From an uncultured Eubacteriales bacterium (GTDB taxonomy: Bacteria > Bacillota > Clostridia > Oscillospirales > QAKW01), in contig CAYLIT010000001.1 of assembly GCA_964383835.1 (NCBI GenBank), forward strand, positions 1-25,659: DNA of 25,659 nt. The letters are read 5' to 3'. This document shows positions 16,843-24,732 of the stretch, one piece after another. A model generated the notes under the pieces. The model was not told the DNA's origin, did no database searches, and worked only from the letters and a program-made list of their open reading frames with translations. A program made the translations under genes and the position numbers. Numbering within the stretch: the stretch's first letter is position 1; every line of letters starts with the position of its first letter.

Positions 16843-17810
16843 CGGGCGCACCTTCTTCCCAGGTACAGCAACAGCAGGCTTAAAAGAGTTCCCACCGCCA
16901 AAAGGATGCCGTTTACCGGCAGGCGGTAGCCCAGCAGGATGGGCACAAATCCTAAAAAGAGGGCGAAGGTCAAAAGGCCGAAGGAAAATCCTTTGGCGCC
17001 GTCACAGCATTTTGCCGCCGCCCAAAGGGTCACCGGCATGGTCATCTGGAAAAAGAAGACGCCTAAAAGACCGGTCACCATCCAGTCCGGTCGCAGCAGC
17101 AGAGCGGCCGCCGCCAAAAGCGAGCAAAGAGAGGTGGTCAGATAACCCAATCGATCCAGCAGAAATCCTCCCGCCGCCTTGCCTAAAACAAGGGCGGCCA
17201 CCACCGCCAGAGCGGTAAGGAAGGTGGTGTTCCAGCTGAAGGTCATGCAAAAGCCCAGGTACGAGCGCAGTACCACCACCCCGAACAGCGCCAGCAGGCC
17301 GGGGCGCAGCTGCAGCCGTGGGGCGGCGTTGCCGGAGGGCTTGTATTCAAAGAATAATAAGAGGATCGCCCCCGCCGCCAGGATCGCCGGCATCGGCCAT
17401 AAGGGGAAGGTGGTCTTGCCTATTTGGGTGCCCAAAAACAGCCCCATTGCTCCCGGCGCCACAAACAGTCCCAGTCGGAAGGCGTTATGTACACTACGGT
17501 TCAGAATTTCAATACCGCCGCCCACGTGAAAGAGGGCGTTGCCGCACCCGGCAAGGGTTACACTTAAAAGCCATGAGCGGGTGCAAAGAAAGGCGGTTGC
17601 CGTCAAAATCATTCCCGACGCGGCTACGATGCCGTTGCGATCCAGTCGGTCGGCCAGGATGCCGAAGGGAAGCTGTAGCGCAAAGGCACAGAAATTATAG
17701 AGGAGCAATGCCATCATCCAATGCGCGCTTGCGGGAAAGCAGCGAAAGAGCAAAAGCGCACAGCAAAGGTCCACCCAAAAGTGCGCCGCGCCGTAAACAG
17801 TGGTTTTCAT
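16839..17810 (-). CDS. Polytopic membrane protein, MFS-like
   Basis: Many hydrophobic segments; HFWVD, motif-A-like GILADRLDR and GFLLDRLG, GNALFHVGG; RBS AAGGAGG. Confidence 0.78.
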   Translation of the reverse strand: MKTTVYGAAHFWVDLCCALLLFRCFPASAHWMMALLLYNFCAFALQLPFGILADRLDRNGIVAASGMILTATAFLCTRSWLLSVTLAGCGNALFHVGGGIEILNRSVHNAFRLGLFVAPGAMGLFLGTQIGKTTFPLWPMPAILAAGAILLLFFEYKPSGNAAPRLQLRPGLLALFGVVVLRSYLGFCMTFSWNTTFLTALAVVAALVLGKAAGGFLLDRLGYLTTSLCSLLAAAALLLRPDWMVTGLLGVFFFQMTMPVTLWAAAKCCDGAKGFSFGLLTFALFLGFVPILLGYRLPVNGILLAVGTLLSLLLLYLGRRCAR

Positions 17811-17874
17811 AGCATCCCTCCTTTTTATTAGGTTTACGATCTTAGAAAGAAAAATGTTGCATTTCTATATAAAA

Positions 17875-17903
17875 ATAATAACATTTATTCATCATAATAG
17901 CAA
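17875..17903 (-). promoter_or_regulatory. Sigma-A promoter candidate for the minus-strand envelope operon
   Basis: Minus strand TTGCTA, 17 bp, TATTAT with extended -10 TG. Confidence 0.55.
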
Positions 17904-17904
17904 T

Positions 17905-17951
17905 AAAAAGAGGCTGTGAAAAAACTTTTGCTTTTTTCAGAGCCTCTTTTT
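17905..17951 (-). terminator. Terminator after the DUF378 gene
   Basis: AAAAAGAGGCTgTGAAAAAA-cttttgc-TTTTTTCAgAGCCTCTTTTT, one mismatch. Confidence 0.75.
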
Positions 17952-17959
17952 CTTTATTT

Positions 17960-18169
17960 TTATCCTTCGCTTCTGTGGTCGCCCAGCGGTTTAAACAACA
18001 GGTTGATCAACCAGATGCCCGCCAGCGCCACAACAACGAATATGATCCGGCTGACGATGGCATCCATGCCGCCGAAGATCCAGCCTACCAGGTCGAATTG
18101 AAAAAGACCTACCAGCCCCCAGTTAAGGCAGCCGATAATGGCCAGGATCAATGCGATTTTATTCATCAT
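17960..18169 (-). CDS. DUF378 (YuzA-like) small membrane protein
   Basis: IALILAIIGCLNWGLVGLFQFDLV..SRIIFVVVALAG signature; AAGGAG RBS 9 nt before ATG 18169. Confidence 0.88.
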   Translation of the reverse strand: MMNKIALILAIIGCLNWGLVGLFQFDLVGWIFGGMDAIVSRIIFVVVALAGIWLINLLFKPLGDHRSEG

Positions 18170-18320
18170 TATGCTCATCTCCTTTATTGTCGGTGTGGAT
18201 AGTTTTTCCGCCAAGGAGCGGGATTATTCAAAAAACTAAAAAAATCCTGCCAAGGCACTATATTTTTTAAAAATTTTATGGTATGATATAAGTTACCGAT
18301 TATAAGGAGCAAAAAGACTG

Positions 18321-19817
18321 TTGAAATTTTTCAAACGGATCAAAAAATTAAAACGGCGGGGACGCCTTAAAAAAGCACTCTCGGTCAATCTGCGCTGGGG
18401 AATGCGACGGGTACGCCGCTTTTTCGGGCGGGAGCAGTTCAAAAAAGGCGTCCGAGGCGCCTATGCACGGCGGCTTTACGTGATGCTGGGTCTGCTTTTG
18501 GCGGTCAGCGCGCTGACGGTGGCCTCGGGCAAGCTCTCCGGCTCCTGGCTGGCAGACGAGGCGGTGCTGGTGCGGCGGCTTTCCGACCCGGAGTATAACC
18601 GGGCCAACCCCATTTTAGCGGCGCTGGATTGCTTTGGTGCCACCAACCGCATCCAGGTAACCCTGCAGACCGCCACGGCAGACAATCTGAATTCCACACG
18701 GGTGGATCTGGATCAGGGCAACCTGAACCTGGTGATGACCCTCAAAAGCGGTAAGATCATGGAATATACCCTGCAGAACCGCAATGTGGATAACTTTGAA
18801 AGCGGCAGTACCGATCAGTTTACGCTGATTTTGCCGGATTCCGTTTCGGTGTTTGATATCGCCGATTATAAGCTGACCCTCCTGCCCGACGCCAAGGGGG
18901 AGTACGGCACCTGGCATTGCCGCTGGGCGCAGATCTCCTTTTTGCTGGGCGGTGAGCGGATGCTCCTGGCCCAGGACGCCTGGGAGGAGCCCTTTATCTT
19001 CTCGCAGAACCAACCCTCCTACGAGCTGGAGCAGGTGGCAAGCGAAAATCCTTATTTTGCGCAGGTCAGCGAGCTGTTCCCTTACGTGCTGAAGGTCTGC
19101 GAAAACGGCCACGAGACCGTCCACACCGCCGAGATCAAGCGGGAAGCCCTGGAGGCGCTGGGCCTTTCTGCCGCCGATACCCTTTATTTAGACGTTGAGA
19201 CGGTCAATCTGGAAATTCAAAACGTCATCTCCTCCACCCAGATGGGGGATACGGAGCTTTCGGAATTTGATCAGCTGGGCTATAACGGAACCATGTCCAT
19301 GCGGGTGCAGTTTTATTCCGATGCGGCGGGTGATTTTTATCAGACCTATCCGCTGGACACCCCCGGTAAGGACGATTTTGAGCTGGGCGGCTCTTCCACC
19401 TTCCAGCTGAAGATGCCGGAGGGGATGAGCGTCTTTGATATCCGCTCCATGGAACTGCTGGTCCACGACACTGAGGACGCCTGGGCGCCCCGGATGCTCC
19501 GCGCCTACGTGCGGACCGACTATGGCACCGCCCTGGAGCTGGCGCGGCTGACCGATACCATGCTCACCGCCGAACGCCGCACCTGCGTGTTCCTTGAGGG
19601 GTTGATCGAAACTGCCATCAGTCCGGTGGCGCTGGATCTGACCGCCACCTATCAGCTGCCCCTGACTTTGAAGGAGCAGATCGAGAAAAAATATTATACC
19701 GAGATCACCGGCGTGACCTACAGTATGTATTTCAATGAATTTGATTTTTACGAGCGTCAGAAGCTGTTCTACAGTCAGGTGCTGGCGCTTTACGGGGAGG
19801 AAAAGGATGAAGCGTAG
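18321..19817 (+). CDS. Membrane-anchored protein with two PLAT/LH2-like domains
   Basis: TTG start after AAGGAG; very basic N-terminus, then a TM helix; repeats DNFESGSTDQFTL..SVFDI..W and DDFELGGSSTFQL..SVFDI..DAWAP. Confidence 0.75.
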   Translation: MKFFKRIKKLKRRGRLKKALSVNLRWGMRRVRRFFGREQFKKGVRGAYARRLYVMLGLLLAVSALTVASGKLSGSWLADEAVLVRRLSDPEYNRANPILAALDCFGATNRIQVTLQTATADNLNSTRVDLDQGNLNLVMTLKSGKIMEYTLQNRNVDNFESGSTDQFTLILPDSVSVFDIADYKLTLLPDAKGEYGTWHCRWAQISFLLGGERMLLAQDAWEEPFIFSQNQPSYELEQVASENPYFAQVSELFPYVLKVCENGHETVHTAEIKREALEALGLSAADTLYLDVETVNLEIQNVISSTQMGDTELSEFDQLGYNGTMSMRVQFYSDAAGDFYQTYPLDTPGKDDFELGGSSTFQLKMPEGMSVFDIRSMELLVHDTEDAWAPRMLRAYVRTDYGTALELARLTDTMLTAERRTCVFLEGLIETAISPVALDLTATYQLPLTLKEQIEKKYYTEITGVTYSMYFNEFDFYERQKLFYSQVLALYGEEKDEA

Positions 19818-20538
19818 GAGCATTGCCCTGCTGGCGGCGCTGTTGCTGTTACTGACCGGCTGTGGCGAAAAGGCTACCGGCGAAAAAACGCTGGCTGAGC
19901 TTTTGGAAAAAACACCTGTTTCGATGCAGGGCGGGCATTTCTTTTTCACCGGTAAGGTGACCGCCGCCTCTGCCATGAACCGGATGATCAGCTTTTATGA
20001 GGTGGAGGCCGAAAAAAGCACCTTCTATCAGGTGGAGATCACCGACGATCCCTTTGGTTGTATGCCGGAGCGGACGGTTACGGTCTGCGTCCTGGGCGGT
20101 GTCGAGACCTTCGGGGAGCGGATCCCGCCGGAAAAGAATAAAGAATATCTCTTCGACACCACCCTGTGGGTGCAGGAGGATGAGGCGGTGTTTTTACTGC
20201 CCACCTTCTATGAGAGTCTGCCCGAGCGGGAAGGGGACGTTTTGTATTACACCACCACCGAGGGACGGGGCGTGGTAAAGGGCAGTTATGCCGATTATCT
20301 TGCGCGCCTGCAGGAACTGGCGACGGAAAACGACTATACCGCCCAAACGGTGCTGGATGCCGCTAAGGAACGGTTGAAGAGCGCCACCGAACGGGACGCC
20401 GCCTTTTTCGAGGATTTGAAATTCGAATCGGTGGACCAAGCGGCACTGGATAAAACTAATAAAAAAGCCGCCGACCTTTTGCAAAAGGCTGAGACGGCAG
20501 AAAATACATGGAGTGCAATTAGGGAGATTTTAAAATGA
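19807..20538 (+). CDS. Lipoprotein, unknown function
   Basis: ATG 19807 after GGGGAGG; MKRRSIALLAALLLLLTGC lipobox; overlaps both neighbours. Confidence 0.82.
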   Translation: MKRRSIALLAALLLLLTGCGEKATGEKTLAELLEKTPVSMQGGHFFFTGKVTAASAMNRMISFYEVEAEKSTFYQVEITDDPFGCMPERTVTVCVLGGVETFGERIPPEKNKEYLFDTTLWVQEDEAVFLLPTFYESLPEREGDVLYYTTTEGRGVVKGSYADYLARLQELATENDYTAQTVLDAAKERLKSATERDAAFFEDLKFESVDQAALDKTNKKAADLLQKAETAENTWSAIREILK

Positions 20539-21107
20539 TGTTTATTTTGACTGCGATTTTGACCGGGATCGGTCTTTCCATGGACGCCTTTGCGGTGTCC
20601 GTCACCAACGGAATGTGCAGCGGTAAGCTGAAGCTGCGCCACGCGGTGGCCGACGGTCTGACCTTTGGCATCTTCCAGGCGCTGATGCCGCTGATCGGCT
20701 TGTTTTTCGGTCTTTATTTTATGAAGTATATCGAAGCGGCTGACCACTGGATCGCCTTCATCCTGCTGGCGGGCATCGGTATCAATATGATCCGCGGCGC
20801 CCTCAAAAAGGATGAGGAAGAGGAATGCACCAACCCCTATACCGTCAAAAATCTGTTGATCCAGGGCGTTGCTACCAGTATTGATGCCCTGGCGGTAGGC
20901 GTGGGGCTTTCCGCCACCATGAATGGCTACGGCGAAGCTCTGCTGACGGTGGGCATCATCGGTGTCTGCACCTTCCTGCTCAGCACCGTGGGCGTTTACA
21001 TCGGCAAGATGTTCGGCGGTATGCTGAAGGAAAAGGCCGAGATCCTGGGCGGCGTGATCCTGATCGGAATCGGTGCGAAGATCTTGATCGAGCATTTGTT
21101 TTTTTGA
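20535..21107 (+). CDS. mntP: Manganese efflux pump MntP
   Basis: GLSMDAFAVS, FGIFQALMP, DHWIAFILL, ATSIDALAVG, AEILGGVILIGIG. Confidence 0.92.
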   Translation: MMFILTAILTGIGLSMDAFAVSVTNGMCSGKLKLRHAVADGLTFGIFQALMPLIGLFFGLYFMKYIEAADHWIAFILLAGIGINMIRGALKKDEEEECTNPYTVKNLLIQGVATSIDALAVGVGLSATMNGYGEALLTVGIIGVCTFLLSTVGVYIGKMFGGMLKEKAEILGGVILIGIGAKILIEHLFF

Positions 21108-21120
21108 GTGAGGTTGAAAA

Positions 21121-21165
21121 GACCCCCCACCCCAATTCAATTGGGGTGGGGGTTGGTCTGTTTTT
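21121..21165 (+). terminator. GC-rich hairpin after mntP (likely terminator)
   Basis: CCCCCACCCCAATT-c-AATTGGGGTGGGGG (21124-21152), T run at 21161-21165. Confidence 0.65.
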
Positions 21166-21240
21166 GGGGATATTTTGAATGAGGCATTGAGTTGTTTGTA
21201 GAAAGGGTCTATTGTTTAAGTAGAAACTGAAAACAGAGCA

Positions 21241-21398
21241 AGCGGCACAGAAGATACTCTTCGCTGTGGCGTTTTTACGAGCCGCTGGACGGCGGCTGAA
21301 CGAAAAAATGCCACGCTTTGAGACACGGCAGTCCGCCCGTTATCGACGGGCGGCTGCCTCAACGAACCATTTTGCTTTGCAAAATGGTTCAAATCTTC
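21241..21398. repeat. Multi-hairpin, REP-like element downstream of tRNA-Arg
   Basis: Consecutive stem-loops at 21266-21314, 21327-21358 and 21364-21390, plus a weaker one at 21241-21265. Confidence 0.5.
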
Positions 21399-21410
21399 GG
21401 CAAGTGTGGA

Positions 21411-21447
21411 AAATAAAAACACCACCCAATAGGGTGGTGTTTTTATT

Positions 21448-21448
<1 letters not shown>
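21411..21448 (-). terminator. Terminator of tRNA-Arg
   Basis: AAATAAAAACACCACCC-aata-GGGTGGTGTTTTTATTT abutting the CCA end. Confidence 0.85.
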
Positions 21449-21524
<76 letters not shown>

Positions 21525-21547
21525 ATGGGCTTTTCAAAGCGAATAAT

Positions 21548-21576
21548 ATGATACCATAGTTTTTTCGTAAAATCAA
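21548..21576 (-). promoter_or_regulatory. Sigma-A promoter of tRNA-Arg
   Basis: Minus strand TTGATT, 17 bp, TATCAT with extended -10 TG; A-tracts upstream. Confidence 0.65.
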
Positions 21577-21617
21577 GCCCAAAATGAAATATTTTTTCTT
21601 TTTTTTATGGATTTTTT

Positions 21618-22433
21618 TTATTTTCTGTTCTGCGCCCGGAAAGCGGCGGGAGAAAGGCCCGTCTGCTTCTTAAAAGCCGCCGAAAAATATTCGGGGGAGC
21701 TGTATCCTGTTTGTTCGGCAATATTGGCGATGGGGTAGCGGGTATGCAACAGCAACTCTTTGGCGTGCTCCATCCGCACCGAGGTACGGTACTCCAGGGG
21801 AGACATTCCCGTCTGCCGCTTGAACAGTCGGGCGAAGTGAAACTTGCTCATTTTACACATGGCGGCGTAGCTTTCCAGCGGGGTATTCTCTTCATAGTGC
21901 TTGCGGATAAATTGGATCACCGCAAAAAGTTCGGGGTTTTGGGGGACTTCGACTTTTTCAAAGATTTGTCGGCGTACCGAAATAAAAAGGTACTCTGCTA
22001 AGGCGCGGCAGGCTCGGGGATAGTCCTTTCGGTGCAGCTGCAGTTCCCGGATGATCCGCTCGAAGAGGTCGGCGGTATCTGCCGAGGGCTCACTGTGATA
22101 CAAAACGGAGGTTTCCATCCCCAAAATGTTCAGATAATCGGAGTTTTGGGTGGTGAAGTGCAGGTAATAAAATTCGCCAGACCGATTGGATTCGTAAATA
22201 TGGTGCTGTTCCTCGCCGGGAGCATAAAGGATAAAATCACCGGACCGGGCATGTACCTCTTTGCCGTGCAGAAAGAAGCAGACCTCCCCACGGTGGATAT
22301 AAAGCAAAAGGTAGTTGGGACGTCCCTCCGGACGATTGATCTCCCGTCCGTGAAAGGTATAGATATGACCGCAGCTATCGGTGATAATGTTGTTTTCGGC
22401 GGGGCTTTCTCCCCAATATCCATTGATCAGCAT
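21618..22433 (-). CDS. AraC-family transcriptional regulator
   Basis: N-terminal cupin-like region (RPEGR..YLLLYIHRG) and C-terminal double HTH (MSKFHFARLFKRQTGMSP..IAEQTGYSSPEYFSAAFKKQTGLSP); ATG 22433 after GGAG. Confidence 0.93.
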   Translation of the reverse strand: MLINGYWGESPAENNIITDSCGHIYTFHGREINRPEGRPNYLLLYIHRGEVCFFLHGKEVHARSGDFILYAPGEEQHHIYESNRSGEFYYLHFTTQNSDYLNILGMETSVLYHSEPSADTADLFERIIRELQLHRKDYPRACRALAEYLFISVRRQIFEKVEVPQNPELFAVIQFIRKHYEENTPLESYAAMCKMSKFHFARLFKRQTGMSPLEYRTSVRMEHAKELLLHTRYPIANIAEQTGYSSPEYFSAAFKKQTGLSPAAFRAQNRK

Positions 22434-22478
22434 GGCAATTCTCCGCAATAATTATTATGTTTGAAGCAATTTTTCTAA

Positions 22479-22520
22479 TTGTCTTATTGTCATTATACTG
22501 CTATAATGAAGAAAAAACAA
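22479..22520. promoter_or_regulatory. Overlapping divergent sigma-A promoters
   Basis: Plus strand: TTGTCT (22479-22484), 17 bp, TATAAT (22502-22507). Minus strand: TTGTTT (22520-22515), 17 bp, TATAAT (22497-22492). Confidence 0.65.
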
Positions 22521-22538
22521 GAGAAAAGGAGCAAAAAA

Positions 22539-23624
22539 ATGGCAGTTAACAGCGATGTAGCATTCAAGTTCGGTTGTGGCCGCTATCTGCAAGAGACGGG
22601 CGCCATCGAAAAGTATCTGCGGATCGAGCTGGAGCGGTTCGGCACCAAGGCGCTGATCCTTTGCGGAGAGAACGGTTATAAAGTCGCCGGCGAGCAGATC
22701 CGCGCGGCGGCAGGGGATTTCCCCCACGAGTTCATGCTGTTCCACAGCACCTGCTGTTTGGAAAATGCCGATGAAACGGCGGCTTACATAAAAGAAAACG
22801 GCTTCGACCTGTTGGTAGGCGTTGGCGGCGGTGTATTGATGGACGAGTCCAAGCTGGTGGCAGAGCGTGCCAACGTGCGGCTGATCAATATTCCCACCTC
22901 CTCTGCAACCTGTGCGGCGGTCACGCCCCTGAGCGTGATGTACGAGCGGGATACCGGTGCCACCATCGGCTCGATCAAGCTGATGCGCGAGGTAGATGCG
23001 GTGATCGTGGATCTGAATATCATGATCCGTCAGCCCTCCCGCCTGTTTTGCGCCGGTGTAATGGACGCCATGGCTAAGATGATCGAGATCAACCACCGGG
23101 TCTACAAGGTACCTCCTCTTGAGATCACACTGGGTTTGGATATGGCCTTCGCCCTGGCCAAAGAGACCTATCGTGAATTTGAACTCTATACCGACGGTGC
23201 CATGGAGGATATGGAACAGGGTGTGATCACTGCCCGCTTCCAGCGGATGATCTTTGACGCCATTGCCGTGACCGGTGTGATCAGCGGTATTTCCAAGGGC
23301 TCCAACCAATGTGCTATCGCCCATAAGTTCTACGAGCTTTCCCGGGTGGGCTATTACAACGAAACCAAGCCCTACCTGCACGGTGAGCTGGTGGCGGTGG
23401 GGCTTTTGCCTCAGTTGGCTTATCAGGAACTGGACGAAAAGCCCATCCGTGAACTGCTCAAGCGGATGAAGCTGCCCTATCGGTTCAGCGACGTAGGTCT
23501 TTCCGTAACCGAGGAGCCCCTCAATTGGTATGCCGAAAAGATCTGTGCATCCACCGCTATTCAGAACACCGCTCCCGAATATATCGAGAAGATGAAAAAA
23601 GCTTTGCAAAGTATTTATTGTTGA
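22539..23624 (+). CDS. Glycerol-dehydrogenase-like iron/zinc-containing alcohol dehydrogenase
   Basis: VGVGGGVLMDESK, IPTSSATCAAVTPLSVMY, metal ligands MDAMAK, IAHKFY, LHGELVA; ATG 22539 after AAGGAG. Confidence 0.88.
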   Translation: MAVNSDVAFKFGCGRYLQETGAIEKYLRIELERFGTKALILCGENGYKVAGEQIRAAAGDFPHEFMLFHSTCCLENADETAAYIKENGFDLLVGVGGGVLMDESKLVAERANVRLINIPTSSATCAAVTPLSVMYERDTGATIGSIKLMREVDAVIVDLNIMIRQPSRLFCAGVMDAMAKMIEINHRVYKVPPLEITLGLDMAFALAKETYREFELYTDGAMEDMEQGVITARFQRMIFDAIAVTGVISGISKGSNQCAIAHKFYELSRVGYYNETKPYLHGELVAVGLLPQLAYQELDEKPIRELLKRMKLPYRFSDVGLSVTEEPLNWYAEKICASTAIQNTAPEYIEKMKKALQSIYC

Positions 23625-23634
23625 GGTGAATAAC

Positions 23635-24282
23635 ATGAGAGAACAGACTATTGCTAAAATTTTAGAAGAAAAGGTTATCGTTATCGTCCGCGGTGTGGAT
23701 CGCGAAAAGCTGATCCCCATGGCCGAGGCGATGTATGAAGGCGGCATCCGCCTGATGGAGATCACCTACGATGCCAAGGGCAACCCCACCGATGAAGAGA
23801 TCGCCGACCGCATCGGGATGCTGGCCAAGCATTTCGAGGGTCGGATGCTGGTTGGTGCCGGCACCGTGCTCACCGAAAAGCAGGTAGAGCTGACCCAAAA
23901 GGCGGGCGGTAAGTTCATTATCTCCCCTGATGCTGCTCCCGAGGTCATCAAGGCTACCCGTGCCGCAGGGATGGTGTCCATCCCCGGCTGTATGACCCCC
24001 AGCGAGATGCAGCAGGCCCATAAGAACGGTGCCGACTTCATCAAGGTGTTCCCCTCCGAGAATTTCGGCCCCAGCTATATAAAGTCCCTGAAGGCTCCCC
24101 TTTCCCATCTGAATCTGCTGGCGGTGGGCGGCGTTTCTACCGAGAATATTGCCGACTATAAGGCCGCCGGTGCTGCCGGCTTCGGTATGGCCAGCAACAT
24201 CCTGGACCGCAAGGCCATCGCTGAAGAGGATTGGCAGGTTATTACCGAAAAAGCAAGAAAATACGTCACTTTGGCAAAATAA
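23635..24282 (+). CDS. eda: KDPG/KHG aldolase family protein
   Basis: GIRLMEITY, VGAGTV, FIISP, PGCMTPSE, Schiff-base IKVFP, GGVS; ATG 23635 after GAGGTG. Confidence 0.88.
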   Translation: MREQTIAKILEEKVIVIVRGVDREKLIPMAEAMYEGGIRLMEITYDAKGNPTDEEIADRIGMLAKHFEGRMLVGAGTVLTEKQVELTQKAGGKFIISPDAAPEVIKATRAAGMVSIPGCMTPSEMQQAHKNGADFIKVFPSENFGPSYIKSLKAPLSHLNLLAVGGVSTENIADYKAAGAAGFGMASNILDRKAIAEEDWQVITEKARKYVTLAK

Positions 24283-24305
24283 AAAAGGCACAGATTACAG
24301 AAAAG

Positions 24306-24342
24306 AATAAAATGCGGCTTTTCACGCCGCATTTTATTTTTT
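24306..24342 (+). terminator. Intrinsic terminator after eda
   Basis: AATAAAATGCGGC-ttttcac-GCCGCATTTTATT followed by Ts. Confidence 0.85.
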
Positions 24343-24382
24343 CCTGTTTTCCGCCAAGCCGCCGAACACCGCGTTCTTTTGG

Positions 24383-24411
24383 TTGACAAAACCCGCCGCT
24401 TTTGGTATCCT
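24383..24411 (+). promoter_or_regulatory. Sigma-A promoter for the MFS relic and birA
   Basis: TTGACA (24383-24388), 17 bp, TATCCT (24406-24411) with extended -10 TG. Confidence 0.7.
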
Positions 24412-24423
24412 AAAGCAAGAAAA

Positions 24424-24732
24424 ATGATAGGAGCAACCATAAAAAAATACACTCGCTTAAAATGGGCCTGCTATACGGCGGATATTACCATGTCCATCGT
24501 CGGCAATCTTTCACCGGTGCTGTTTTTGACCTTCCGCTCCCTCTACGGCATCTCTTATTCGCTGTTGGGGCTGTTGGCCTGTACCCTGACCGGCTTTTGC
24601 GTTTCGATGCTTTGGCCGGGCAATTTGGTGGTTGCCACCGAGCAATTCGGCATGAAGGCCGGGATGCTGGTGGGGATGCTGTTCCCGCTGGCGGCAATCC
24701 AGGCGTGCTTGATTAACGGGAAAAAACGATGA
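24424..24732 (+). pseudogene. Internally deleted MFS transporter remnant
   Basis: About 100 aa joining an MFS-type N-terminus (LKWACY..NLSPVLFLTFRSLYGISYSLLGLL) to C-terminal-type segments (GFCVSMLWPG; GMKAGMLVGMLFP); RBS AGGAG precedes ATA at 24439 rather than ATG. Confidence 0.65.

Noticed and set aside
17905..17951. Inverted repeat as an insertion-sequence end or target
   Set aside because: No transposase or target duplication; its position after the DUF378 stop fits a terminator.
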